32,000 nucleotides of DNA, taken from NCBI RefSeq assembly GCF_003945235.1, contig NZ_RSDW01000001.1:1290001-1322000 (forward strand), written 5' to 3'. Position 1 is the first letter of the stretch. Each line of letters opens with the position of its first letter. This DNA comes from Edaphobacter aggregans (GTDB lineage: Bacteria > Acidobacteriota > Terriglobia > Terriglobales > Acidobacteriaceae). Below, one piece after another: positions 1 through 9,066 of this stretch. The translations under genes and the position numbers were made by a program. The notes beneath the pieces were generated by a model that saw nothing but the letters and a program-made list of their open reading frames with translations, had not been told where the DNA came from and did no database searches.

Positions 1-821
1 GCGATGCGCTGGGGCGACCGATTCTGGGGACGAAGAAGACGGTTTCGAGCTTCAACCAGCAGATTGTGTTCGACTTTTACGCCAGCCAGTTTACGCCCCG
101 GAATATGGTGTTTTCTGCGGCGGGGAACCTGGAGCACGATGCGTTTGTGATGCAGGTGGAGCAGCAATTCCGGTCGCTTTCGGCTACTGGGGACGTTGTG
201 TTGCAGAAGGAAAAGGCTCCGGTGGCCACGCCACACGTTACGCTGAAGCGGAAGAAGTCGCTGGAGCAGGTGCAGGTTTGTCTGGGTGTTGAGGCTCCGC
301 CGGTCAATGACAAGGACCGGTATGCGGTTTATATGCTGAATACGATGCTGGGTGGGGGGATGAGCTCGCGACTATTCCAGACGATTCGGGAGGACCGGGG
401 GCTGGCGTACTCGATTTACTCGGAGATGAATCCGTTTCGAGATACGGGGTCGCTTTGTGTGTATGCCGGGACGTCGGTGGACAAGACGCAGGAGGTGCTG
501 GAGCTTACCCTGCGGGAGTTGCGGCGTCTGAAAGAAGAGACAGTTAGTGTCGCCGAGTTGAAGCGGGCTAAAGACCAGCTGAAGAGCAATATTGTGATTG
601 GACTGGAGAGCTCGGGCAGCCGGATGGCGAATCTGGCGCGGCAGCAGATGTATTTTGGACGGTTCTTCGATGTTGACGAGATTACCGCGGAGATTGAGGC
701 GGTGACTCCGGATGATGTTCAGGCGCTGGCGCGGCGGATGTTTCGGCCGGAGGCGCTGGCTCTGACACTTTTGGGGAATCTTGGAACGATGAAGATCGAG
801 CGCGAAGAGCTGGCTTGCTGA
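1..821 (+). CDS. M16-family (pitrilysin/insulinase-like) peptidase, C-terminal portion; 5' end lies outside the window
   Basis: The frame of ORF 66..821 stays open to the window edge (from nt 3: DALGRPILGTKKTVSSFNQQIV...). It contains GGGMSSRLFQTIREDRGLAYSIYS, a segment typical of Peptidase_M16 C-terminal domains. Stop TGA at 819-821. Confidence 0.85.
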   Translation, partial: DALGRPILGTKKTVSSFNQQIVFDFYASQFTPRNMVFSAAGNLEHDAFVMQVEQQFRSLSATGDVVLQKEKAPVATPHVTLKRKKSLEQVQVCLGVEAPPVNDKDRYAVYMLNTMLGGGMSSRLFQTIREDRGLAYSIYSEMNPFRDTGSLCVYAGTSVDKTQEVLELTLRELRRLKEETVSVAELKRAKDQLKSNIVIGLESSGSRMANLARQQMYFGRFFDVDEITAEIEAVTPDDVQALARRMFRPEALALTLLGNLGTMKIEREELAC

Positions 822-866
822 TAGAGTTTTGATCGATATATAGGAAATCTGGACGGGCTGAGGAAT

Positions 867-1391
867 ATGAAGACGATGGACGGTTTAGAAGTGCGCGCAC
901 GACGAATGGCCGAGGCGGGCTTTACGCTGATTGAGCTGCTGATTGTGATGTCGGTGATGCTGATCCTGATGACGCTGGCGCTGCCGCAGATGCTGAAGTT
1001 CCGCAAGCAGGCGCAGGAGACTTCGGCGATTCAGTCGGTGCGGACCATTGGGAATGCAGAGCTGCAGTACAACTCGCAGTACCCGCAGAATGGGTTCGCC
1101 TGCTCGCTGGCTGTGCTGGGGGGCGATCCGAAGTCGGGTGCGCCGACGGCTCAGAGCGCGCAGCTGATTGATCCGACTCTCGCGACCGGGCAGAAGGCTG
1201 GATATACGTTTGCGATCACGAACTGCTCGAAGGTGACGGTGAACAATCAGGATATGTACACATCGTTCCAGATTACGGCGGTGCCGCAGGCGGTAGGTAA
1301 GACGGGTGACCGTGGGTTCTGCACGGATGCAAATAACCTGATTACAGTCGACCGGACGGGTGGAACGAACTGCACGGAGCCTCTGCAGTAG
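867..1391 (+). CDS. prepilin-type N-terminal cleavage/methylation domain protein (type IV pilin / T2SS pseudopilin-like)
   Basis: ...RRMAEAG|FTLIELLIVMSVMLILMTLALP fits the class III signal: Gly-1, Phe+1, Glu+5 and a hydrophobic helix. There are four Cys, including a C-terminal pair (CTDANNLITVDRTGGTNC) like a pilin D-region loop. An alternative ATG at 906 would give a 5-residue leader. Confidence 0.85.
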   Translation: MKTMDGLEVRARRMAEAGFTLIELLIVMSVMLILMTLALPQMLKFRKQAQETSAIQSVRTIGNAELQYNSQYPQNGFACSLAVLGGDPKSGAPTAQSAQLIDPTLATGQKAGYTFAITNCSKVTVNNQDMYTSFQITAVPQAVGKTGDRGFCTDANNLITVDRTGGTNCTEPLQ

Positions 1392-2026
1392 TGATTGCAA
1401 GGGCGATTCTGCTGGTACTGGTTTGTCTGACTCCTCGGCTTTATGCACAGGATGCGGATGCGCTGGTACGCAAGGTCGATGACCACTATAACCATCTGAC
1501 TTCGCTTAAGGCTCGGTATACGGAGCACTACGCGGGCATGGGGATGGATAAGACCGAGTCGGGTACGCTAGTGCTGAAGAAGCCGGGACGGATGCGGTGG
1601 AGTTACGACCAACCGGCGGGCAAGGTCTTCGTACTGGATGGGAAGTATGCGTGGTCGTACACGCCGGGGACAGACCAGGCACAGAGGGTTTCGGCTAAGC
1701 AACTGGATGATCTACGGTCTCCGCTGCGGTTTCTGCTGGGGCATACGCAATTGAAGAAAGAGCTTGATCAGCTTACGGTTACGCCGAGTGGGGCGGGCTT
1801 TCAGATTGCGGGCGTTCCTAAAGGGATGGAGCAGCGGGTAAAGCTGCTGACGCTGGGTGTGGCGGCTTCGGGTGCGATTGAGCGGATGCGGATCGAAGAG
1901 ATCGATGGGGCGGTGACGGAATTCGCGTTCTCTGAGATGCAGGAGAATGTACCGGTCAAGAATGAGGACTTTGTATTTACGCCTCCGGCGGGGGTGAGCG
2001 TGGTGGATGGGCTTCCGCCGATCTAG
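1391..2026 (+). CDS. lolA: LolA-like outer-membrane lipoprotein carrier family protein
   Basis: The GTG start at 1391 shares one nt with the upstream TAG stop. Sec signal MIARAILLVLVCLTPRLYA|Q. The segments GTLVLKKPGRMRWSYDQP..VFVLDGKYAWSYTP and FVFTPPAGVSVVDG parallel E. coli LolA GDLWVKRPNLFNWH..ILVSDGKTLWFYNP and FTFTPPQGVTVDD (recalled from memory). Confidence 0.8.
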   Translation: MIARAILLVLVCLTPRLYAQDADALVRKVDDHYNHLTSLKARYTEHYAGMGMDKTESGTLVLKKPGRMRWSYDQPAGKVFVLDGKYAWSYTPGTDQAQRVSAKQLDDLRSPLRFLLGHTQLKKELDQLTVTPSGAGFQIAGVPKGMEQRVKLLTLGVAASGAIERMRIEEIDGAVTEFAFSEMQENVPVKNEDFVFTPPAGVSVVDGLPPI

Positions 2027-2179
2027 CTTTTAGTGCCGATTTTTTGGGACGTTTACACAGTTTTCTTAATTCTCAGGTTGACTCTTGCGTGTGGGTGCAG
2101 GAGTAAAATTGAACTAAATATTGTGCAAGTCAAAACCGACCGCGCGGCCTGTGCTGCGCAGAATTTGTGAGTTATCCAA

Positions 2180-2902
2180 GTGAGTAATGTTCTTACTGCC
2201 AAGTTTCTGACTACTGATGAGTTTCGTGACTCGGTCTATGAGTTGAATCCTTCTGTGGCTGTCTTTGACTGCGATGGGACGCTTTGGTCGGGCGATGCTG
2301 GGTCCGGATTCATGAACTGGTCGATTGAGACCGGTTTGGTTTCGCGCGAGGCGACGGACTGGATCGATGGGCGATATCGCGGATACAAGCGAGGCGATGT
2401 CAGCGAATTGGCCATCTGCGGTGAGATGGTGCAGTTGTATCAAGGACTGCGGGAGAGCGAGCTTCGCAAGGCGGCAAAAGAGTTTTTTGCGAGCCGCATT
2501 GAGCGGAATATCTTTCCGGAGATGGTAGAGCTGGTCAGGGAGCTGCGGGGCCGAGGAGTAGATATCTGGGCGGTCAGCTCGACCAACGACTGGGTGATCG
2601 AAGAGGGCGTTCAACGGTTTGGGATATCTGGGGATAGGGTGTTGGCTGCGTGCGTTCGGGTGAAAGATGGGATGGTCACGGATGTGATTCGCGATGTTCC
2701 TACCGACGAGGGCAAGGTGACAGCACTGACGCGGGTGGGTATTACGGCGCCGGATGCGGTCTTTGGAAACTCAGTGCATGACGCGGCAATGCTGGCGATT
2801 GCCCGACGGGCGTTCCCAGTGAATCCTTCGGCGGCTCTGCTGGAGCGGAGTGCGGTGGAGGGCTGGGCGGTTTACCATCCGGCATCAGTTAGGCCAGCTT
2901 GA
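2180..2902 (+). CDS. HAD-superfamily hydrolase (HAD-IB / phosphoserine-phosphatase-like subfamily)
   Basis: GTG start. Motif I is VAVFDCDGTLW (DxDxT), motif II is IWAVSSTN, and motif III/IV is K...FGNSVHDAAML. A cap-like insertion lies between motifs I and II. Confidence 0.75.
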   Translation: MSNVLTAKFLTTDEFRDSVYELNPSVAVFDCDGTLWSGDAGSGFMNWSIETGLVSREATDWIDGRYRGYKRGDVSELAICGEMVQLYQGLRESELRKAAKEFFASRIERNIFPEMVELVRELRGRGVDIWAVSSTNDWVIEEGVQRFGISGDRVLAACVRVKDGMVTDVIRDVPTDEGKVTALTRVGITAPDAVFGNSVHDAAMLAIARRAFPVNPSAALLERSAVEGWAVYHPASVRPA

Positions 2903-2911
2903 GCCAGGTAG

Positions 2912-3406
2912 TTGAAGCTATTACGCTGCGGTGGGCGTCTAAACTGTAGTCAGGTGAAAGAGACCATTCGCAAACTGGATGAACCGACAGTACACAAGCC
3001 TTTGCGGCTGGTGGTGGCCGCGCTGATTTTGCGCGAGGGGACGGATGGCATCGAGGTGCTGGTATGCCAACGCAAGCCAGACCAGCCTATGAGCCTAAAG
3101 TGGGAGTTTCCGGGGGGCAAGATCGAACCAGGCGAAGGGGCGGAGGATGCCTTGGCGCGCGAGCTGGACGAGGAGCTTGGGATTTCCGCGGTGATCGGCA
3201 GGCGGGTGGCCCAGATTCGGCATAAGTACCGGAACGGCGGGGCGATCGATCTACAGTTCTTCATGGTGCGGGAGTTCAATGGCGCGCTCGAAAACCGGAT
3301 ATTCAACGATATTCGATGGGCCAGCCTGCGGAGCCTACCGGACTATGACTTTCTGGCTGCGGATCTTGGGTTGATCCGTGATTTGTCGGAAGGCAAGCTG
3401 CTCTAG
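2912..3406 (+). CDS. Nudix hydrolase, MutT/NudG-like (d)NTP pyrophosphohydrolase
   Basis: Complete Nudix box GGKIEPGEGAEDALARELDEELGI (Gx5Ex7REUxEExGU) preceded by WEFPGG. The start is uncertain: TTG at 2912 or in-frame GTG at 2954. Confidence 0.85.
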   Translation: MKLLRCGGRLNCSQVKETIRKLDEPTVHKPLRLVVAALILREGTDGIEVLVCQRKPDQPMSLKWEFPGGKIEPGEGAEDALARELDEELGISAVIGRRVAQIRHKYRNGGAIDLQFFMVREFNGALENRIFNDIRWASLRSLPDYDFLAADLGLIRDLSEGKLL

Positions 3407-3429
3407 ATAGTCGGACCGACGGTTCCTGC

Positions 3430-4680
3430 TCAAGAATGAAGCAGGTTCCAAATCCACAAGAGGGACAGAATGGTAACGATGATTGCCGTTAGCCATGCTA
3501 TGGTATTGAGCCAGCGGGAGTTGGTGTACTTCCCCATCAGCTCTGGACGGTTGATGAGCTTGAGCATGAATACCAGGATGACCGGCAACAGAAGGCCGTT
3601 GAGGACCTGGGACAGGATGCTAAACCGGATGATCGGGAAGTTGGGAATGAGGACGATCGCGGCTCCGGATCCGAGCAGCAGTGTGTAGAACCAATAGAAA
3701 AACTTCGCTTCGCGGAAGCTCTTGTCGAGTCCGCTCTCGAGACCAAGGCCCTCACAGACAGTGTAGGCCGTGGACAGGGGCAGGATGGAGGCTGCGAAGA
3801 GCGAGGCGTTGAAGAGTCCGGCGGCGAAGAGGATGAAGGCGTAGTTCCCTGCCAGTGGCTTCATGGCCTGGGCGGCGTCGGAGGGATCGACGATGTTGCG
3901 GATGCCGTGGAGGTAAAGGGTGGCTGCACAGGCGACAACAATGAACCAGGCGACGATATCGGTGAAGATGGAGCCCACGACGACGTCGAGGCGCGAGGCC
4001 TTGTACTGACGGACGCTGACTCCTTTCTCGACGATGGAGGATTGCAGGTAGAACTGCATCCAGGGGGTGATGGTTGTGCCGATGACGCCGACGGTCATGT
4101 AGATGTAGCTATGGTCGCGCCAGACGCTCCGCGGGGGGAGCTTGATAGTCTCGACGAGTGCAAGGTGCCAATTGGGGCCGCTTAGCACTCCGGCTGCGAT
4201 GTAGGCGATATAGAAGACGCTGGCGACGAGGAAGACTTTTTCTACGCTCTTGTAGTCGCCCTTGACGACTAGAAACCAGACGATTGTGGCGCACGCGGGC
4301 ACGCTGATGTACTTGCTGACGTGAAAGAGCTGCATGCTGCCAGCGATGCCGGAGAACTCCGCGATGACGTTGCCGAAGTTGACGATGACGAGAAGGATCA
4401 TCACGATCAACGTCATACGGAGGCCGAACTCTTCGCGGATGAGATCGCTGAGGCCTTTGCCAGTTACGACTCCCATGCGGGCGCACATCTCCTGCACGAC
4501 GATAAGCGCCAGGGTGATGGGGAGCATGGTCCAGAGGAGGCTGTACCCGTACTGCGCGCCAGCTTGAGAGTATGTAAGGATGCCACCGGCGTCGTTGTCC
4601 ACGTTGGCGGTGATGAAACCTGGGCCCAGGACAGCAAAGAAGAGTATCAGCCGGGTTCTCCAGATGCGCCAGGACGTCAT
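3430..4680 (-). CDS. Nramp/SLC11-family cation transporter with non-canonical metal-site residues (NRMT-like rather than classical MntH)
   Basis: LGPGFITANVDNDAGGILTYSQAGAQYGYSLLW aligns without gaps to the Nramp TM1 signature ...DPGNFATNIQAGAKYGY. The TM6 region GTTITPWMQFYLQSS aligns to GATVMPH..YLHS. The protein is polytopic and hydrophobic throughout. AAGGA lies 7 nt upstream of the ATG. Confidence 0.85.
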   Translation of the reverse strand: MTSWRIWRTRLILFFAVLGPGFITANVDNDAGGILTYSQAGAQYGYSLLWTMLPITLALIVVQEMCARMGVVTGKGLSDLIREEFGLRMTLIVMILLVIVNFGNVIAEFSGIAGSMQLFHVSKYISVPACATIVWFLVVKGDYKSVEKVFLVASVFYIAYIAAGVLSGPNWHLALVETIKLPPRSVWRDHSYIYMTVGVIGTTITPWMQFYLQSSIVEKGVSVRQYKASRLDVVVGSIFTDIVAWFIVVACAATLYLHGIRNIVDPSDAAQAMKPLAGNYAFILFAAGLFNASLFAASILPLSTAYTVCEGLGLESGLDKSFREAKFFYWFYTLLLGSGAAIVLIPNFPIIRFSILSQVLNGLLLPVILVFMLKLINRPELMGKYTNSRWLNTIAWLTAIIVTILSLLWIWNLLHS

Positions 4681-4809
4681 TGCGGTTCCTTGTGGTTTGG
4701 TCAGGAGAACGTGTCAGCTCGCCCAGGTATCAGGCTAACTCAGATGTGCGATGAGAGTCTTTTGAGGTAATCGTTGAGGTGAGATTCTTTGGGTCTGGAG
4801 CCTTGAGAG

Positions 4810-5727
4810 TTACTCCGGATGTGGCTCGCCGTGGGAGTCGCGAATTCTCTCTTTTTGATCGCGAACCAGGTTAAGGAATGCTTCTACGATGCTTGATTTT
4901 TCTTTTGTTCGCCAGGCTAGAGCAACCCCGATTGATCGGGTTGGGGTGAGCTGGCAGAAAGAGACTCCGCTGAAACGAAATCTTTGCACGCCTGCCGTGA
5001 CAAGGCCGACGCCCTCACCGGCTTCGACCAGAGCGAGGACTGCGGGCCATCTGGCGGCGGTATTTGCAATATGAGGGGAGAAGCCAGCGCTGGAGCAGAG
5101 AGTGATAATGGAATCGAATAACGTCGGCCAGACTTCGCGCTGAATGAGAACGAAGCGTTCCGACGCGAGGGATTCGAGAGAAACTGGGCCGCCAGCGAGG
5201 GGGTGGTCACTCGGCAGAACAGCGACGAGGGGTTCTTCGAAGAGGAGTTCCGACGTTAACGTTGTGGCAAATTGGGGATCGAGTTCGCGGGTGATGGCGA
5301 TATCGATTTCGTTGTTTGCGAGAGCCTCCATCTGCGGGCGGGCTGACATCTCGAAGAGCGAGAGGCGGACTTCGGGATGGCTCTTGCGGAACTCGCGGAT
5401 CAAGGTGGAAAAGAAGGCGCCGATGCCGTTGGTAAAGAAGCCGATTCTGAGGGTGCCAACCTCTCCTCGCTTCGATCGGCGCGCCATTTCGACGGCATGA
5501 TCGACGGCGGCAAGAACTTTCTTCGCTTCTTCAAGGAAGACTTCGCCTTCGTCGGTAAGTGCGACTTCTCTGCGGCTGCGGTGGAGGAGTTGGACGCCTA
5601 CTTCTCTTTCAAGGTCGGCGACCTGCTCGCTGATGGCCGACTGGGAGACGTAGAGTCTGCGGGCAGCATGACTGAAGCCCTTCCATTCCGCGACTGCGAC
5701 GAAGTATTTGAGGTGGCGCAGTTCCAT
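4810..5727 (-). CDS. LysR-family transcriptional regulator (CatR/BenM-like N-terminus)
   Basis: The N-terminal wHTH MELRHLKYFVAVAEWKGFSHAARRLYVSQSAISEQVADLEREVGVQLLHR is a textbook LTTR. It is about 300 aa with a periplasmic-binding-protein-like effector domain and is divergent from the RND operon. Confidence 0.9.
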   Translation of the reverse strand: MELRHLKYFVAVAEWKGFSHAARRLYVSQSAISEQVADLEREVGVQLLHRSRREVALTDEGEVFLEEAKKVLAAVDHAVEMARRSKRGEVGTLRIGFFTNGIGAFFSTLIREFRKSHPEVRLSLFEMSARPQMEALANNEIDIAITRELDPQFATTLTSELLFEEPLVAVLPSDHPLAGGPVSLESLASERFVLIQREVWPTLFDSIITLCSSAGFSPHIANTAARWPAVLALVEAGEGVGLVTAGVQRFRFSGVSFCQLTPTRSIGVALAWRTKEKSSIVEAFLNLVRDQKERIRDSHGEPHPE

Positions 5728-5738
5728 GGGCTTAGGTT

Positions 5739-5753
5739 ATCGGTTTTTCCGAT
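5739..5753. promoter_or_regulatory. candidate LTTR box (T-N11-A) ATCGG-N5-CCGAT
   Basis: ATCGGTTTTTCCGAT has perfect 5-bp inverted arms and fits T-N11-A. It lies 12 nt upstream of the LysR start codon, in the 133-nt divergent region shared with the RND permease gene. Confidence 0.35.
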
Positions 5754-5860
5754 TACGGTCACCTGATATACATCTGAAACGCTCAGCCAATTGGTGTGTC
5801 CAATCTATAGAGCGCTTAACATAACGATAAGTCTGCCCTGACTGCGCCTCCGAGGACTCT

Positions 5861-8800
5861 ATGTGGATTGTAAAGACAGCCCTGAATCGACCGTATACGT
5901 TCATCGTTCTTGCGCTTCTTATTCTCCTTTTGAGCCCCGTTATCATTCTGCGGACGCCTACAGACATCTTTCCCAACATCAACATTCCAGTGGTGTCGAT
6001 TGGATGGACGTATACCGGACTGAATCCCGAAGAGCTTGAAGGGCGCCTGACAACGCCGTATGAAAAAGCGCTGACCACGCTTGTCGACAACATTCAACAT
6101 ATTGAGTCGACGACCTACAACGGTACGGTGGTTGTGAAGGTGTTTCTGCAGCCAGGTGCGAGCCTCGATACGGCCAATGCTCAGGTCACGGCGGCGTCTC
6201 AGTATCTACTACGCCAATTGCCTCCTGGAATCCTTCCTCCGGAGATTATCAACTTTTCCGCTTCGAGCGTTCCGATTCTTCAGCTAGGGGTTTCGGGTAA
6301 GGGGCTCTCCGAACAGCAACTCAACGACTATGCAACGAACTTCATTCGTCCACAGTTGATTACCGTTAATGGCTCTGTTGTTCCGCTACCTTACGGCGGC
6401 AAGCAGCGCCAAATCACGATCAGCATGGATCAGGCAGCGATGCAGTCAAAGGGCGTTGCTCCGGGCGACTTGCTGAATGCTGTGGCGGCACAGAATGTCG
6501 TGATGCCCTCCGGGACGATCAAGATCGGGCAAAGTGAGTACGACGTTCGTACGAATGGGACGCCGAGGACAGTGGAAGAGCTCTCCAATGTTCCGCTCAA
6601 ACAGGTGAACGGCACCACAATCTATTTGCACGATGTTGCCAGTGTCAGCGACGGATTTCAGGTTCAGACCAATGTTGTTCGTCAGGATGGGCACCGAGGA
6701 GTGCTTATCAGCATTGTGAAAAATGGCAATTCTTCGACGCTCGATGTTGTGAGTGGCATTCGCAAACTGCTTCCTCGCGTCGCGAGCACTTTGCCATCTG
6801 AGCTAAAGATCACTCCGCTTTCGGATCAATCCGTCTTTGTGCGAGGGGCGATAAAGGGCGTCATCCGGGAAGCGGTCATTGCAGCGATGCTCACCGCCGT
6901 GATGATTCTGCTGTTTCTGGGCAGCTGGCGATCGACTGTTATCATCGCCATCTCCATCCCACTGTCGATCCTCACGTCGGTGATTGTACTCAGCTTGATG
7001 GGCGAGACGATCAACACGATGACTCTCGGTGGACTTGCGCTAGCCGTCGGTATCTTGGTCGACGATGCCACGGTCACGATTGAAAATATTGAACGATTTT
7101 TGGAAGAAGGGCACTCGCTGCGGAACTCCATCCTCGATGGCGCTGCGCAGATTTCGGTCCCTGCCCTTGTGTCAACGCTTTGCATCTGCATCGTCTTTCT
7201 TCCGATGTTCTTCCTTGGCGGCGTTGCGCGGTACCTGTTTGTTCCGCTGGCGATGGCGGTTGTTTTTGCGATGCTCGCCTCGTACATCCTTTCGAGAACG
7301 CTGGTTCCTACGCTTGCGATGTATCTGTTGCGTCATAAAGATCATGACTCGAAGGGGAACATCTTTACGCGGTTCCAGCGCGGATTTGATCGGCAGTTTG
7401 AACGCGTTCGCGCGGGTTACCACCAAACGCTGGAGCGGCTCGTTGTTCGCCGCAAGGTCTTTGTGCCGGTCTTTCTCGGGGCTTGTCTCAGCGCCTTCCT
7501 GCTTGTTCCATGGCTGGGTCAGGACTTCTTTCCTGATACGGACAGCGGTCAGTTCATCCTCCATGTACGTGGGACGTCGGGAATGCGTATCGAAGAGATG
7601 GCCCGTCTCTGCGACCTGGTCGAGCAAAATATTCGCCAGCAGATTCCGGCTAAGGAACTGGACAACATCCTCGATAACATCGGGCTTCCCTACAGTGCAA
7701 TGAACACGCAGCACCTGACGAATGGAACCCTGGGCGCCTACGACGCCGATGTGATGGTCACACTCAAGGAAGATCATCATCCTACGGCAGCTTATGTTCG
7801 TGCCCTGCGTGAAGGATTGCCGCGCGCGTTTCCTCAAGCGACCTTTTATTTCCTGCCCGCAGATATCACGACACAGATCCTCAATTTTGGCCTGCCTGCG
7901 CCGATCGACATTCAACTGGAAGGCAACGATATCAATGCCAGCAAGCAGATAGCAGATAAGTTGCTGACACAACTGCATCAGGTCCCCGGACTGACAGACC
8001 TGCGTATTCAACAGCCATTCGATTATCCGACGCTGCAGATTGGCGTTGATCGCACAAAAGCTTCACAAGGCGGATATTCGGAGCGCGATGTTGCGACCAG
8101 CGTATTAAACACGCTGAGCGGAAGCTTCCAGGTGACACCGATGTTCTTCCTGAACTGGAAGAATCATGTTAACTACAACATCGTGGCGCAGACACCGCAG
8201 TACAAGATGGATTCGTTGCAGAGCCTACAGAACATTCCGATCAATCGGACGACTTCTGTGTCCGGCAATGGAGCGTCGACGCAATCGCAGGAGATTCTCG
8301 GAGACCTAGCCTCCATCCAACGAGGGCATGAGATGGGCACCGTAAGTCATTACAATATTCGCCCGGTGGTCGATATTTATGGCGGTGTCCAAGGGCGCGA
8401 TCTCGGAAGTGTAAGCCGCGATATCCAGCGGATTCTGAACAAGCAGGACGTGCCGCGCGGCACATTTGTCACCCTTAAAGGCCAGGTGGAGACGATGCGG
8501 AGCTCCTACATCGGTCTGCTCGGGGGTCTGGTATTTTCTATCGCTCTTGTCTACTTATTGATTGTTGTGAACTTCCAGAGCTGGCTTGATCCGTTCATCA
8601 TTATTACCGCGCTTCCGGCGGCTTTGGCAGGTATTGTTCTCTTCCTCTTCCTGACGCATACCACGCTCAGCGTGCCCGCGCTAATGGGCGCAATCATGTG
8701 CATGGGCGTGGCAACGGCAAACAGCATTCTGGTTGTGTCGTTCGCAAAGGCTAAGCTGGAAGAGCATAGCGACGCAATTCGGGCTGCCATTGAAGCGGGA

Positions 8801-9046
8801 ACGACGCGCTTTCGTCCCGTCATCATGACGGCTCTGGCAATGATCATCGGTATGGTCCCGATGGCGCTGGGAGCCGGGGACGGAGGCGAGCAGAATGCTC
8901 CTCTTGGGCGTGCGGTTATTGGCGGTTTACTCTGTGCAACGGTCGCTACGCTTGTGTTTGTACCTTGTGTCTTCGCGTTGATTCATAACAGCAAGGCACG
9001 CCAAGAGGCCCGTGACAGGAAAAAGTTTGAACAACAGTTCGTGTAA
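5861..9046 (+). CDS. RND efflux transporter permease subunit (AcrB/HAE-like)
   Basis: 1061 aa. The N-terminus NRPYTFIVLALLILLLSPVIILRTPTDIFPNINIPVVSIGWTYTGLNPEE shows the RND TM1/porter pattern. TM4 reads LAVGILVDDATVTIENIERF, with the Asp-Asp proton-relay pair as in AcrB. The second half is duplicated (SVPALMGAIMCMGVATANSILVV). Confidence 0.95.
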   Translation: MWIVKTALNRPYTFIVLALLILLLSPVIILRTPTDIFPNINIPVVSIGWTYTGLNPEELEGRLTTPYEKALTTLVDNIQHIESTTYNGTVVVKVFLQPGASLDTANAQVTAASQYLLRQLPPGILPPEIINFSASSVPILQLGVSGKGLSEQQLNDYATNFIRPQLITVNGSVVPLPYGGKQRQITISMDQAAMQSKGVAPGDLLNAVAAQNVVMPSGTIKIGQSEYDVRTNGTPRTVEELSNVPLKQVNGTTIYLHDVASVSDGFQVQTNVVRQDGHRGVLISIVKNGNSSTLDVVSGIRKLLPRVASTLPSELKITPLSDQSVFVRGAIKGVIREAVIAAMLTAVMILLFLGSWRSTVIIAISIPLSILTSVIVLSLMGETINTMTLGGLALAVGILVDDATVTIENIERFLEEGHSLRNSILDGAAQISVPALVSTLCICIVFLPMFFLGGVARYLFVPLAMAVVFAMLASYILSRTLVPTLAMYLLRHKDHDSKGNIFTRFQRGFDRQFERVRAGYHQTLERLVVRRKVFVPVFLGACLSAFLLVPWLGQDFFPDTDSGQFILHVRGTSGMRIEEMARLCDLVEQNIRQQIPAKELDNILDNIGLPYSAMNTQHLTNGTLGAYDADVMVTLKEDHHPTAAYVRALREGLPRAFPQATFYFLPADITTQILNFGLPAPIDIQLEGNDINASKQIADKLLTQLHQVPGLTDLRIQQPFDYPTLQIGVDRTKASQGGYSERDVATSVLNTLSGSFQVTPMFFLNWKNHVNYNIVAQTPQYKMDSLQSLQNIPINRTTSVSGNGASTQSQEILGDLASIQRGHEMGTVSHYNIRPVVDIYGGVQGRDLGSVSRDIQRILNKQDVPRGTFVTLKGQVETMRSSYIGLLGGLVFSIALVYLLIVVNFQSWLDPFIIITALPAALAGIVLFLFLTHTTLSVPALMGAIMCMGVATANSILVVSFAKAKLEEHSDAIRAAIEAGTTRFRPVIMTALAMIIGMVPMALGAGDGGEQNAPLGRAVIGGLLCATVATLVFVPCVFALIHNSKARQEARDRKKFEQQFV

Positions 9047-9066
9047 CCAATGGGGTTATTGAATAT

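Noticed and set aside
2078-2109. TTGACT (2078-2083) and TAAAAT (2104-2109) were considered as a promoter for the HAD gene.
   Set aside because: The spacer is 20 nt, outside the usual 16-18 nt range, and the hexamers at proper spacing are poor. It is not reported as a feature.
4681-4809. I looked for a Mn2+ riboswitch (yybP-ykoY) or an obvious Fur/MntR box in the 129-nt leader of the Nramp-like gene.
   Set aside because: The conserved GGGGAGUAG-type core and its partner helix are absent on the minus strand. No convincing palindrome is present. Only an AAGGA SD is visible.
4810-5727. I considered that the LysR regulator could be OxyR, since OxyR controls mntH in enterobacteria.
   Set aside because: The OxyR redox cysteine pair and its surrounding motifs are absent. 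The N-terminus resembles CatR/BenM-type LTTRs instead.
5861-9046. I considered reading the RND pump as a heavy-metal (HME/CzcA-type) exporter because of the flanking Nramp-like and RcnR-like genes.
   Set aside because: TM4 reads VDDATVTIEN, the AcrB-like Asp-Asp motif. It does not read as the DFG-DGA-VEN motif characteristic of HME-RND pumps. Substrate class therefore remains open, but HME is not supported.
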